From NCBI GenBank assembly GCA_965235115.1, contig OZ249447.1:7564001-7628000 (forward strand): 64,000 nt of DNA, read 5' to 3'. Below the pieces are notes generated by a model. The model searched no databases, was not told where the DNA came from, and saw only the letters and a list, made by a program, of their open reading frames with translations. A program made the translations under genes and the position numbers. Shown here one piece after another: positions 39,309 through 54,100 of this stretch. The first letter of the stretch is position 1. Every line of letters starts with the position of its first letter. Source of the DNA: Laetmonice hystrix (lineage: Eukaryota).

Positions 39309-40137
39309 CATAGTCGTCCTGGATACCTAAATAATGAACGGTGATGTATGTAAGTTGGTCTGAATTGTTTCACCTCTAGTGTGACATTGTTTGCCATAAT
39401 ATCTATCATTCAAATCCGTCAATATATGCCCGTGAAGTATTGAATTGACAATCAATAAAACAAATTTTACTTGTGCTATCATTTAGATTTTCTTGCTTTC
39501 GTTTGCAGAAAGGGAGGCATAAAAGAAAAAAATGAAGTTTGACCAACTAGCTTATGGACATCAGGAGAAGAAACTTACGCCGTACCAGTTTTCGAAGAGT
39601 TCTGTTAAAAGGACAACACACAGAATTCGGAATTTTCTTTAATAAAATGTCCTACTTAACATAATTATATGGGACGGATGCAGTGGTATGCCTAAAGTAC
39701 GAAACGGAACAACAAAATATGGAAAGTATTTGTTTACAATTTGGTAATGATCACGTTTCACGCCGGTCATACTCCAGGATGTCTTATCTAAGGCCCCGGA
39801 CCCGATTTTCTGGATGTATTTCAGAGAAGTATCACATCACGATGGTGTTTGATTCCAAAATAAACTTATAATTCATTCCTGTTGGGAATGTGGAAGAACT
39901 TGTATTCTTACATTTTCGTTAAACATATGATAAACGTGACAGATATCTCCTCAGTGTATCGTATCAAATGATCCGGAATGTCTATACACTTTGTTCATGG
40001 ATTCCTACACTGATCACTTGTAAAGTTATCACCCGCTACTTGTCCTGGAAATATTGATTGAATGATAAATACATATCGCAGCGACATCGGGCACACCGAC
40101 GGATCTCACAGTTGATGTGGTGCTATGTGTGTGCCCA

Positions 40138-40530
40138 CGGGATAGTCCACGGCCCACGAATGGCTCCATGCAGGTTATACACCGAGGGCCAAGCCTCGTG
40201 ACGCGAGGTGGGCCAAGACAAGAGGGTGTCAACCCAGGTGTTGAGGTCCACCGATGTGTCACATCATACCGAGGAGGGCCGAAACAAGAGGGTGTAAACC
40301 CGAGTGTTGAGGTCCACCGAGGTTGATGAGGTGCACAAGTGAGTGGCGGTATTGGTAGAGAGCCGAGGCGAGCCGAGGCTGTCTATCAATACCGACACGA
40401 GCGATCCCAATAGAGGTTGCCACCACTTCTGTGGTGGTGGTCGTCGTTGGGACTCACCCGTGTCCACTCAACCATGGCACTTGATAATTCGCTGGTATAA
40501 TTCGCTGTATAACTGCCACATGGTGACTAA
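40138..40530 (-). mobile_element. Dispersed repeat, copy 2 (inverted relative to 20225-20617), with an internal partial duplication
   Basis: Reverse complement of copy 1. The segment gggccaagacaagagggtgtcaacccaggtgttgaggtccaccga appears twice. Confidence 0.75.
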
Positions 40531-41973
40531 AGTGAACAAAGGTGGCCTACTCGACCTGGTCCATGTTAACTGTTGCCGGTACTCCTGAATGATTGAAATG
40601 GGTAATTAATAGACGGAGAGGGGCATATCCTTGAGGCTTGAACAGGTGGACAAGTCAAAACTCTTAGTCAACAGACATAGAATGTGTGTACATGTATATA
40701 GGTGCGTAATATTGCTCCTATACTAGGCCCCTAATGGTGTTCAGATGTGTACCATCAACTGTGTGTACCATTATAATCGTCATTCCAGATGTACCTATGT
40801 CAATAGGTAAACACTCAGTAAGAAAGGATGCCCAGATGTACCTTGATTTGTCTGTTAAAGTTTGGGGGAACACTTTTGCTTGATGTCACTCTTGTAATAA
40901 CTGGCCTCAGGATCTAGACGTGCCAGTTAGGCCTGTATTGCAAAGTTGCCGGATGATGTTGTCTGGTGTACTATGTCTTTATTCGGTAGATGTTGTGCTC
41001 CTGCACAGTCATATATGGTCTTCCTTTTGTTCGTAAAGAAATGTTTTGTTCTAACTTTTTGCAATGCATCGATGTATGAAAATGCTCAGAACATTCCTCT
41101 ATAATGGTGGGTTAGATATTTTAAGATTTCAAGGGATTAGGGATAGTCGGGCCTAGGCCTAACGTCGGGCACAATGGATATATTTATAAGAAATAGTTTG
41201 GTGTGAGAACAAGTGATAATATTACCTATGTTATGTGTCACTCTAACATGGAAGAAAAAAATCATTTAGAAAATATGAATTTCGAGTCCTGTGTTTTATT
41301 CGATGCCCGTTTTGCCCGCCCAACCCGTTTTACAAGCCCACTGGGCATTTGCCAGTTTTGACGGATAATATCAAACTGCTTCTCAAACATCTATCATAAG
41401 TACTGTAGGCTATCCCGGAACCACCAAGTATACCCTATTGGAATGACACGGGAGGCGTCAAAATGCAGCAGCGCCTGCTGGTGGGAATTTTGAGAAACCG
41501 TGTTCCACAGACCTCCAGTAAAGATGCAACAAATAAATTATGAGTGTAGGCCAAGGCCCTATAGGCCTATTATATTCCATTTCCCAGCTTCTGTAATTAG
41601 CGTATTTAGGCCTACTCGTTTAAAATAAGTCATATTGGTCATATTCGGGCCTACAAGTTACAACACCCCACCTGCATCATGAGTGGACATGATGAACAAA
41701 TGGTTGTAACTTATGACAGAGAAATCCTACATAATAGGCCTATATGACAAAAGAGCTTTAGTAGCCTAATGCAACCAGTCCAGCATGAATTGTTTTACTG
41801 CCCCCCCCCCCCTTTTTATTGAATTCTGACCCTCTTTGGGGGACGCTGGCCCCCGGTTATTAGGCGCCTTTCCTTTTGAGGGAGATCTATCTACATCCTA
41901 TGCGAGTGTCTTTCCGACCCTCGAACCGTGCACGGGTCACGCATCACCGCCCTCCGTACGCCCAGTAATTTGA

Positions 41974-42078
41974 CCGCATGCGCCGCACACCGGAACTGAG
42001 ACTCGTGTGTACTGATGGCAGCCGCCATTTTCTGTCACGGTAAAGGACTATGGGAAGGTACAAGAGGAGGATGGCGGC
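41974..42078 (+). promoter_or_regulatory. Putative SMIM29 core promoter / first exon with NRF1-like and YY1 motifs
   Basis: ccgcatgcgc (41974-41983, NRF1-like), GCCGCCATTTT (42021-42031, YY1 consensus) and ATGGCGGC (42071-42078) lie in a CpG-rich patch with nearby donors (cg|gtaaag, aag|gtacaa). Confidence 0.5.
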
Positions 42079-42909
42079 CCACGGACGTGAGTCATCTGTC
42101 AAATAAAACTGGCTAGCCTTCCTGGTCGTAATATAAGCCGCCAGTCATGTTTTCTCGCCACATATTGCACTATGACTAGGTAAGTGTTCTCTGCAACTGT
42201 TTGTGTGTCGAGTTGAACAGAACAGGCCCGCCGTGCGCCGACACAATCGCAGAATGAGACGACTCTATACCACTGATGAGTAGCAGCAGTTGCTGGCGAT
42301 ATGTGCAAAGACACTTGGATATGTGCTCAGCCACTCGACTCCTCGGACTCGACTGAGTGTGACTGGGAGATGTTAATATTGAGTAACTGCCCCTGTTGGG
42401 AGTCACATGTAGAGGCCGATATTATCGTGGTATATTCAGAATAATAAAAGGGGAAGAGGTCTCGCTGAACGGGGCGCTGTCATGAATCACTGGAGATTGA
42501 CTGACAATGTTACCAGCATCAATGGGGACTTTCCATATACTACTAACTTGGCTGGTCGGGGCCTAGCTAATGGTGGCCTATGTAATATGTACGTACACTA
42601 CACAAGGTAGGCCTAATTATTGCCGCCCCCCTTATGAAGCGCAATTTGTCTTTTTTTTTTCTGCTTGAAAGGTTCAAATAAAACATACAACCCCCCCCGG
42701 CACCCACAATTAACCCCCCTCTTATGGCACCCCAAGAGTTTGTTGGTGCAAACCTGGATCCGTCCCTGATTTAGGGTTACCCACCTATAGTATAGTCCTA
42801 GAAGGAGCTAGGCCTACATAGTCATAGGCCTCTATGTTACCTGATTTTATTGCAGAAACTTGTAATTTCAGGATTTATAATTATGAGAGATGGTGACTAA
42901 ACATTGGCA

Positions 42910-45442
<2,533 letters not shown>

Positions 45443-48400
45443 GCTCTAAGACAGCACGTCAGCACCTGGAGGGTTGACCTGTCTTTGTAAGATATAAAGT
45501 CCTGTACGTGATGCTTGACATCGTATACCAACCCTGGGCTGAATACAAGTATTGTAATAACTGATGTTCCGTTAACCATTCTAGATGGTGCCCTTCATAC
45601 ATATAATCCCAGAGAGGGACAAGAAGAATGCTGGTTTACTTCTGTTCTGAAAACAAAATATAATGAATGTCATGTGTTCGTAGATAGGAAGTTTCATTAA
45701 ATTCCTCACAGTGAACATTGTCAATAGTATCGTTTAAAGGAGGTATTGGTGTAATATCTAAAAGCAATTGTTGTTGCTGCTTCCCCTCACCAAAAAAGTA
45801 TCCAGAAAGATTAGGCAAATCAGCAGAAGGAATCTTCTGCCGTTTGGAACAGTGAACATTGAAATTACTTTACATAGTTGTAAAACAGATTGACCAGTGG
45901 AAGGTCTTATTGCAGGAAATAATAGTTGAAACATTGTTCAAAACTTTAGTCCCTTTTTCATAATACAAAATGTATAACTCTATCATTAGGTATAACGGGA
46001 AAAAGCAAATTTCCCCTTTTTTCGCATTCTTTGACCGTTCGGTTATTAGATTTTGTATGAATATCCTGTGTTGCAAGGGGACTAAGAAATGCTTGAACAG
46101 GCCTTTTTTGCCAACAAGAAATTCATCAGGATGCCCTGTATTAGACCAGGTAAGTTACTGTAACAAGAATCGTTCGGGTTACATGTTTATACACGGGCAG
46201 CTCTGCCTCATGTTATCATATTTTCTGTCCTATATTTCATTGACATTCGGAATGTAGTGTCTGGAAGGGATAAGTATATTAAAGTGTATGATGATAAAAG
46301 ATCACGACAAGAAGAACAATGTCTTTTTCAGACCTTTTGTTTTGGAAAACCATATATTGAATTGGTGTTTTCAAATCAATCCCCGGAAACATTCAGCTCT
46401 TATGACTCTCATGAAAATTAGAGGATAAGTTGGATATTATAAGAGATTTCAAGGCAAGGATATGGTCGATATCCTTGCTTTCTGAATTCAGAAATATAAT
46501 AGAGAAAACTCTGGTGTACATACTTATGTGTTCAGTATACACGTATATACAGTACATGTATAAACAGAAGCAGATTATGTCTAAAGCAGAAACAATGCAA
46601 TGTTCATATAAATATACATGTATGTACATATATAAAGTGTCCATGAGGTGGTGTATTGTTTAGAGGGGTAACAAGTGTCAGCACGATCAGTTGGTACGTT
46701 AATTACCATCGAGGGGATCTAGTTCAACAGCTAACGGATCGTAGAGATATCTAATGGTGTCTCCCGGCTTGGTGTGTCTAACATGCCTGTGCAGGAGAGG
46801 TACGAATATTTATCTACACTGGTATCAGTACTGGGACTATTACCTGTACTTCAACTGGTAACAATGCATGTGCTACAAAAAAGTCGTTTTCCATTGTAAA
46901 AACTGACTGTTGCTATGATACAATATTATATGGGAAGCAGTTTGCAGGTGAAACGTACAATCAAAAGTTATGAGGAATTTGTAGAATTCTTGTAGAAGGT
47001 GCACCTAAAGTTGTTTAACAGGATCTCATCTGTGATTGGGTGTTCACATGTTTTAGTGCGATTGGCCATTTGGCCTGAGAGTATGTATGGGTACAGCTGT
47101 GCTGTGGAGAACGAAAGACTTTTTATTTATACTTGTGTACCATTATATTATTATTGGTTATTTACACCGACCATGTTGTGTTCATTTCTCACTTAAGAAG
47201 AAACAAGTGATTTTTATCTTTGAAAAACCGTGAGACACGCCGGTAATCCTAACTTATTGAGTTCATTATAGTTATATTTTATTAGGTGTTTAGTTGTTGG
47301 TATTTCACATACTTATTTGGGCCAAACCATTTTACGTCGTATTGATAAATGCTGATATAACATGACATTTGAAAAAGGTTGATATTATACAGTTGTCATG
47401 AAGTCAATATGGTACCTGTATGAACCACTTTCATATGATAGCGTTTCCCGTGAATTGTACTTACAACCTGTCCAAAGATTTCCTCTATGGAACTGGTGTT
47501 GAAGAAAATGGTTGTGGCTGTTTATACTGTAAAACATCAATTGATGGTAATGCTGAAAAACTTGGAGCACTATAATGTGAGTGTGATTAAACCTAGTGCC
47601 AATAATATCCGTCTGATATATATAAGTAGAACTAGGTGTTGTAGAAAAGGGTAAACATGCTTATTCCAAAGTTGTATACTAAAAGGAGATATTCTGTTCT
47701 GTTGAGAAATCCGCAATGATTATGTCGAGTACAGTAGGCTTTCTAGAAGGAATTCTGTCGTTTTTAACCATGCCTTTAGAAAAGTAACAAAATGTCAGAT
47801 GGGAAGGCCATGGCATGTGATCCAGATACCGGGGGTATGTAAGAAGCAGCTCCAACACAATGTAAATATGTAAGACACAAAAGGTTCTCTTTGTAGTCAA
47901 TTTTTAAGCCAAGTCGCTATAAAACGGCAGGAACGAAGGTATCATATTGCAAAGTGATAGGCATTAGAAAGATAGAAATTATTCATTCAAGAACCCAGTA
48001 AAAATTTTGAACATAACCAATAAGAAAAAAGTGCAGCTGCTTTTACTTCCAACTTTAGATACAGTTTAACTTTGCCCGTGGTGTCAATATTATGATAAAA
48101 CCTGCAAACTATGAGTTGAAAAATTATTGAAAAATGTGACACCATTCATCCCAATTTTATAAGGCACCATGTAGTTTTACTAGGGTGTAATGGAACCAGA
48201 AGTAAACACCCAATGATGGCGAAATGAAAGTAGAAAAAGTCTAGGCTTACAAAATACGGGGCAGCATTTAAAAGGCTTGCGATTATTTACAATATAGTGC
48301 AAATGTCAGTTAATTCTTGCTGTTGACGTGAATTCTTTGCTTATGGGAACGCTTATCTAAATAGATGCAACTTCTTGTGACAACGCTTTTTCCTCTTGTT

Positions 48401-48829
48401 AATAACAGAGTAATATTTTACCATTCCGTGTATAATATTCTACAATCTGCTTCAAAAGGAAATACTCTTTGCCTTGCATTAAAGTCATCTTTGTCTGCCA
48501 TGTTCATCGAGGGAAATAAAAACATTCCGACTGTTCTTGATTTTAAACTTATCATTGTACAAAGCACAGGAAAAAATGATCAATTTTACCTTTCCGTGTA
48601 CAGTTGTATATTGTATATATGAGGGGATTGTAAGAGAAAAAGGACAAAAAGTCTATATCCATCTTTTTTAATTGATGACATTTATAAATTCAGTAATATC
48701 TAATTACAGAATCTGTTCAACTTTTCAAATCCACACCTTCAATGTTTTTACAGTAGAGCCAGGAGCACTGTTCTTGGAGAGAACTCTACCACTTCATTGT
48801 AGGAATATGCCCTCAGTAGCATTCTCTTA

Positions 48830-50830
48830 TCACGCATTAGGTTGAGGTTCAGATTCGTCCATAAGTTCTTCCAAGGTTATTTCCCCAGCTTGATATTTTC
48901 GTTTCCACTTGCCACGCATGGCTTTGGGTAGCCGTTGCCATCGAGGACAGGGGATTTGACCTGGCAGTTCACAGATACACTGACGTGGGAATTCAAACCC
49001 AAAGTTAGCTGGATTCGCTGTGATAGACGCTTCCTTTGCTTTTTCAAACGCCAGCATCTCTCTAAAACAGAATGTTTTAAAAGTTATTTTTATAAATATG
49101 TCACATACAACATTCAGGGTTCTTTAAAAAGCAAATGTTGCATGCATGGTTTACTTTGATGCCAGTGCTTCTTTTCTGGTCTTCAATCTAGTACCAACCA
49201 AACAATATTTGGCCCATTGGGAATGATATCTCCACAGTGCAATACATTACAAACACAATCTTTGCACACTTATTAAATGGTACCTTTAAATGCAATTCTG
49301 CTTTTGATCACAAAGCTCATAGGATTGACCTTTACTCAACCTACTCTGTCTTTCCTAGAACCCTTTTCACATGGTCGTGGATCTCCTCTCTCGATCTGCT
49401 ATCACAGTCAATCACAACCTTTCTTTCATCCTCTGTAAATACAGAAAACCTTATAGAATATATCGTGACATTAATGTAACATTGTTAGGCTGTATAGATC
49501 ATACTAGATCATGTCAAGTTGTACTATCATGACCTGATAATTCAGATTCGCCTTTGCACCCCGTAGTTTTACGTACATACATGCTCAACTTTGTCCTTTT
49601 TCATGCCTTATTTTGAGGGCAATGTTTTGTAGATAAATTATGTCATTTCCTTCAGATGCTTAGCACCCACCAAGATAAGCCATTATCCATGGTGTTGGAG
49701 TCATCTTCTTAAACGTCACTAGTTGAACATCAGGATTCTTGAATTTGATTTGAGGCAGGTGCCAGAAAATAAATTTGCTGCAAAAACAATTTACATAAGA
49801 AAATTATTAACAGGAGTAATGTAAGAATGACACTAATATATACTACTAGTATAATAGGGCTTTACACCTCGTGGGTCGAGGCCCCCCTTTGGCTTTGCGG
49901 GGGAAGGAGGTCAAGGTAGGCCAGAGGCAGACTCCCCCCCCCCCAACTGCTAAGGTGTCTGGACGTTTCAAGCGCGAACCAGTTCGAGCACCGACCACTT
50001 CGAGCGCCGACACCGACCACTTCGAGCGCAACTATTTCACAACTCGGCCTGTATTTTACAACTTCCGTTCTCAGAAGTCGGCAAGAATTGTATCCCTATC
50101 TTTCGTATGATGATACTAGGCTATTATTCATATTGCGACATTGACAGGGCCCTCCCTTAGCACGCTCGAACGTGGCCGCGCTCAACTGTCGCGATCAAAA
50201 TCTACCCCCGATCGAAATCGGCCGCAGACGAGAGGGCATAGCATGCGGGCGGCTCCACCCACGGAGCCCCGCTCAACTCGTTGCCGCTCGAACTCAATCG
50301 CGCTCGAACTGGCAATGGAGCGGCGCTCGAACTGGTCCGCACTCGAAACGTCCTGGGACCACTGCTAAACTAGGGGGGGGGGGGGTGAGGGGCGCCCCAC
50401 CCTGTTGGCCATTGCCATGCATTGCATTGAATTGCCATCATGCAGCCATGCCATGGCCACTGGGCACGCTCACTCACAGACTCGGGGCCAGGGCCACTGC
50501 CGGGGCACTGCCTTTGCATTTGGCTTTGCCTCGAGTCACACTCCTCCCCCATTCCAAATACATCAGCTATGACCCATGTTTTAATAGGGCTGGAGATCTT
50601 TGACCTGTATGATCCCAAGTCTCATAGATTAGTACTGCTGACACTTACTACAATCCGTTGTGTTGGGCAAACCTATTGGCATCTTGTTGTTGTTGGGTCT
50701 GAATCATGTCAGCCTCTACCGGCATGTAGTTAAATGTAACTATCTTTACATTGTCCCTTAACAGAATCTGTCCCTTTTCAAGCCAATCTGTTGTCCGCCG
50801 CAGAGCAGCTCTTCCTTTCATAAAAGGCAT
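48830..50830 (-). CDS. MRPS25: Mitochondrial ribosomal protein S25 (mS25), ~202 aa
   Basis: Minus-strand exons 50830-50649, 49777-49671, 49432-49345, 49061-48830 (609 nt, in frame). Motifs MPFMKGRAALRRT, KFIFWHLPQIKFKNP and ANPANFG..RQCICELPGQIPCP. Confidence 0.93.
49954..50360. mobile_element. 407-bp non-autonomous TIR transposon with an 8-bp TSD in MRPS25 intron 1
   Basis: 36-bp TIRs beginning GG (30/36 identical): ggtgtctggacgtttcaagcgcgaaccagttcgagc and the reverse complement of the right end, ggtcccaggacgtttcgagtgcggaccagttcgagc. A perfect direct repeat actgctaa lies at 49946-49953 and 50361-50368. Subterminal ttcgagcg repeats occur on both arms. Confidence 0.85.
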
Positions 50831-51192
50831 CTTTCCTTAATTATGACGCGAACGTTCACTATCTATAACCGCGTTTTTGCCCCTAGTTTGTTGTGTAAAA
50901 CTTTCCCCGATGCCCTTTATCCGCCATGCCGGTTTCTCTGCCATAAGTCGGTTCTTTTCATATTTGACGACATACTGTTTTTGAGGGATACAGCTGCGTT
51001 TCTAATATTTTATATGACTTTTACTCTTTTATGGCTTGCTTTATTTGGCCCATTATTTTACTTGGCATGATCAATCGTCCTTTCATATGTAGCGGGGTTT
51101 CACATTGTCTCACGACTACCGGTAACCGTCGATTGCGACGGGCACCTTGCTCCCGCCGTCCACCGGGTACCCTGCTGTTTTGTGACTGGGTT
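50831..51192. promoter_or_regulatory. Putative bidirectional promoter between MRPS25 and the ARMC10-like gene
   Basis: Divergent ATGs at 50830 (-) and 51193 (+) are only 362 bp apart, and the interval is CpG-enriched. Confidence 0.65.
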
Positions 51193-54100
51193 ATGGCTGC
51201 ATCCATGCTGACACGCGCCCGTGTAGCAGGTCTCCTCGCCCTTGGTGCGGGGGCCGTTGTGTTTACTGTCTATATAAGGTACTATCATCAGAGAAGGAGG
51301 AGAAGAAGAAAAGGGGATGGAGGTATGTTGAGTGTAATCAAAGGTTGATAGGCAGTGATTTCGTAGTGAGGAGGTCCAGCACTTCCTTCGTTCATGTTTG
51401 GGATGACCGGCATGATGAAGCTGAAGGCCACGGCTGCTGAAGACTAATAACATTCAGGGACGACTTGCCAATTGACAAAATCTTAGGCAATAACAACTAA
51501 CTGATAGCCTTGGCCTTGTTTTTACTTGTTGTTGTTATTAAATTTTTGTGTGAACAGAAATTTCCACTGGTTTCCACTGACCCACTAAGTCTAGGGTACA
51601 GCTGGTATTAATTAAAACATCTAAGTCTAACTTCTAAGTAACTGATGCCAAGGTTTTCTTCAGTTCAGAGGCCAGAGGCCTAGGCTAAGGGGTGTTTCAA
51701 AGTTCCGTTCAGTTCAGTTTCCTCCTAGCCATACTATTATAGTGTCATTTTGATAGGTAGACTTGGCTCAGTCTCAGTAAAACTTAAAGTGTAATGCTAT
51801 AGTATTTGGGAAATGTGAGGTAATTAATAAAGCCTTTACTTTTTGATATTATTTATATTATGTCTATAAATATGTGTACTGCATATATCACTCTAAGAAG
51901 CAACCATCTCCCCCCCCCCTCCCCCCCTCCCCCCCCCCCCAAAAAAAAATCTGAAAAAAAACCTTTTGGGGAATCATTGGGATTGAAAATATTAAAAGTG
52001 GTGTATTGCCTGCATATGGCAGTGATCGACATTCTTGTTTTGTAGTAAGCGAAGTCAAGTTGCAAGTCGTTACTCACATGTCAGGGTTTTCATACTAGGG
52101 TCATGTTACCAGGAGTGAAACGGCTGTCAGTTCTCTATTTTTAGCCCTGCATGGGCAGCGGCAGTATGCCAGGATAAGGGGAGGGTAGAGGTATGGTGGC
52201 TCCCCCTGCCGTGCCTCATGTGTTCAGCATGAGGCAGCCACTGAGAATGAAATTTACCTGTTATTGTTAATGTTCACACAGGCTAGGACAGTTCACAATC
52301 CCTATCATAGTCTTACATGGGAATAGACTTTCTCTGTTTCAGCAGTTTTAGAGCTAGCTGATTCAGAGCATAGATCCCTTTCTATATTTGTGTGGTGATA
52401 ATGCGTAGGCCTAAGAATGACATGGCTCGATCCTGACTTACATTCCCATCTGTTTCAAAATATTTAACAGCACCACTATATTTTACCACACATCTGCAGT
52501 GCGGTTATTTTTTGTTTATACAGACATATTGTCTTTGCACTTTGGCACATATTGATGTTTGCAGAGAGTAAAAAGCTGAAGCATGACTATAGTTTTATGT
52601 AACACTTTGTTTAATCTGGAGCAGAGAAGAGCTAAAAAGCAGGATGTCCTGAACTAGTTTGGACTTTATCCAAACAGTCAGCACCTAGATTGAGGTCACA
52701 CTTACTGTTCACGCATAATGTGTCAATTAAAGGACCTGCTTTGGAATCTTCCTTCAGATCATGTCGATTTAGATTTCTTCCAATCTTATCTCTATAAGTA
52801 TAGCTGAGATAGTTAAAACTATGTATATTCTTTCATAAAACCTTTTAGAAAGGGAGGGGTTGGGGGGGTTGGGTCCGTTTTATGTGTTTAGGCAGACAAC
52901 ACCAAGTTTTGATTTAAGGATCGACAGTTAAAAAAGATGTTTTGTTCTTGCTCATATTGCATCAGCAATTTCAGCTTCCCCGTCAGTGTCAGTATGGTGG
53001 TAGTGTTTCATTTTTTGCCGAGTTTGGAATAGGTGGGCATGAGCAACAGCTTCAGCCTCTGACTGGCCAAACCCCATCCCTACTGTTCATTCACTCCTGT
53101 CTGTCGTGATAGGATTATCTCATATGTCTTCTTGAACATCACCATCTCCAGAGGCACCCCCCCCCTCCCCGTTCGAAAGCGCAACGGCACGGTCCTCACT
53201 AACTGTTCCTGAAAAAAAATACAAATAACTGGACAGTTAAATCAGATGAAGTATTCACATGACCCTTATGAAATAGACTCAACAATTCATATGGCGAGGT
53301 TTCAGAGTTTTATAATGGTCTGCTAGCTGGTAAAGTAAACAGTTTGATGCCTATACACATATTATATTGTACATATTGTGTTTCCTGGTTCCGTGTTTAG
53401 ATTTGTACTGTTGCCCTTTGCTTGAATCTCAGCTGCTCCTCAACATCAAGGACATGTTTATTTCACCACATGTTGAGTCCCGACTCTTTGCCTGCTCAGA
53501 GCTGGGTATCAGCAGCTGACCAACACACGCAAATAGGGCCGTAATCTGCTCTGCCTTGTTAGTTCGGTCAGCCTACGGGACCTGTAGGCCTACTAAAGTT
53601 GGCAGCTAGCGCGCAGAATTTAATTTTGTAGCACCCGTTAATTTAGAAAGGCTTTATGTGGGTTGTATCAAGTAATTTCCTGTTGATTGAGATAATTTTA
53701 TGCACGAAAAACAAAGAAAAAATATCAGTTAGAGGTTATTTTTAAAATTCCAGGATCATGATCTCTATATATATCACTGGAATATATATAATATAGATAT
53801 AATATCACCAGATACCCAGGGAACTATAGACAAATATTATGGAGGAAATGTCTGTGCGTTGATTACACAGAGTAAGCCATGTAGTGTTTATTCTGAGTGC
53901 AGTGTGACTGTTGCTGAGGTGTAGTACAGCTGTACCCGGGGGGTATCACCACCGGCTGGGACTGGAGGAGCATAGCGTTCTAAGGGTGGGAATGGGGGTG
54001 GGGGTGGGGGTGGGAATGGGGGTGGGGTTGGGGGATATGCGGGGACACGCACGCGTGCCACACCACTGTAAACCACATAATTTTCGCGGCCTTTACTTTA

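Noticed and set aside
40041-40520. Solo LTR call for the dispersed repeat (TG...CA ends)
   Set aside because: The flanks (ctact / tggtg) do not form a TSD and copy 1 lacks the same terminus, so it is left unclassified.
45443-48829. Numerous 60-95 aa ORFs between the convergent SMIM29 and MRPS25 3' ends
   Set aside because: AT-rich UTR or intergenic sequence with no domain-like content or exon chain.
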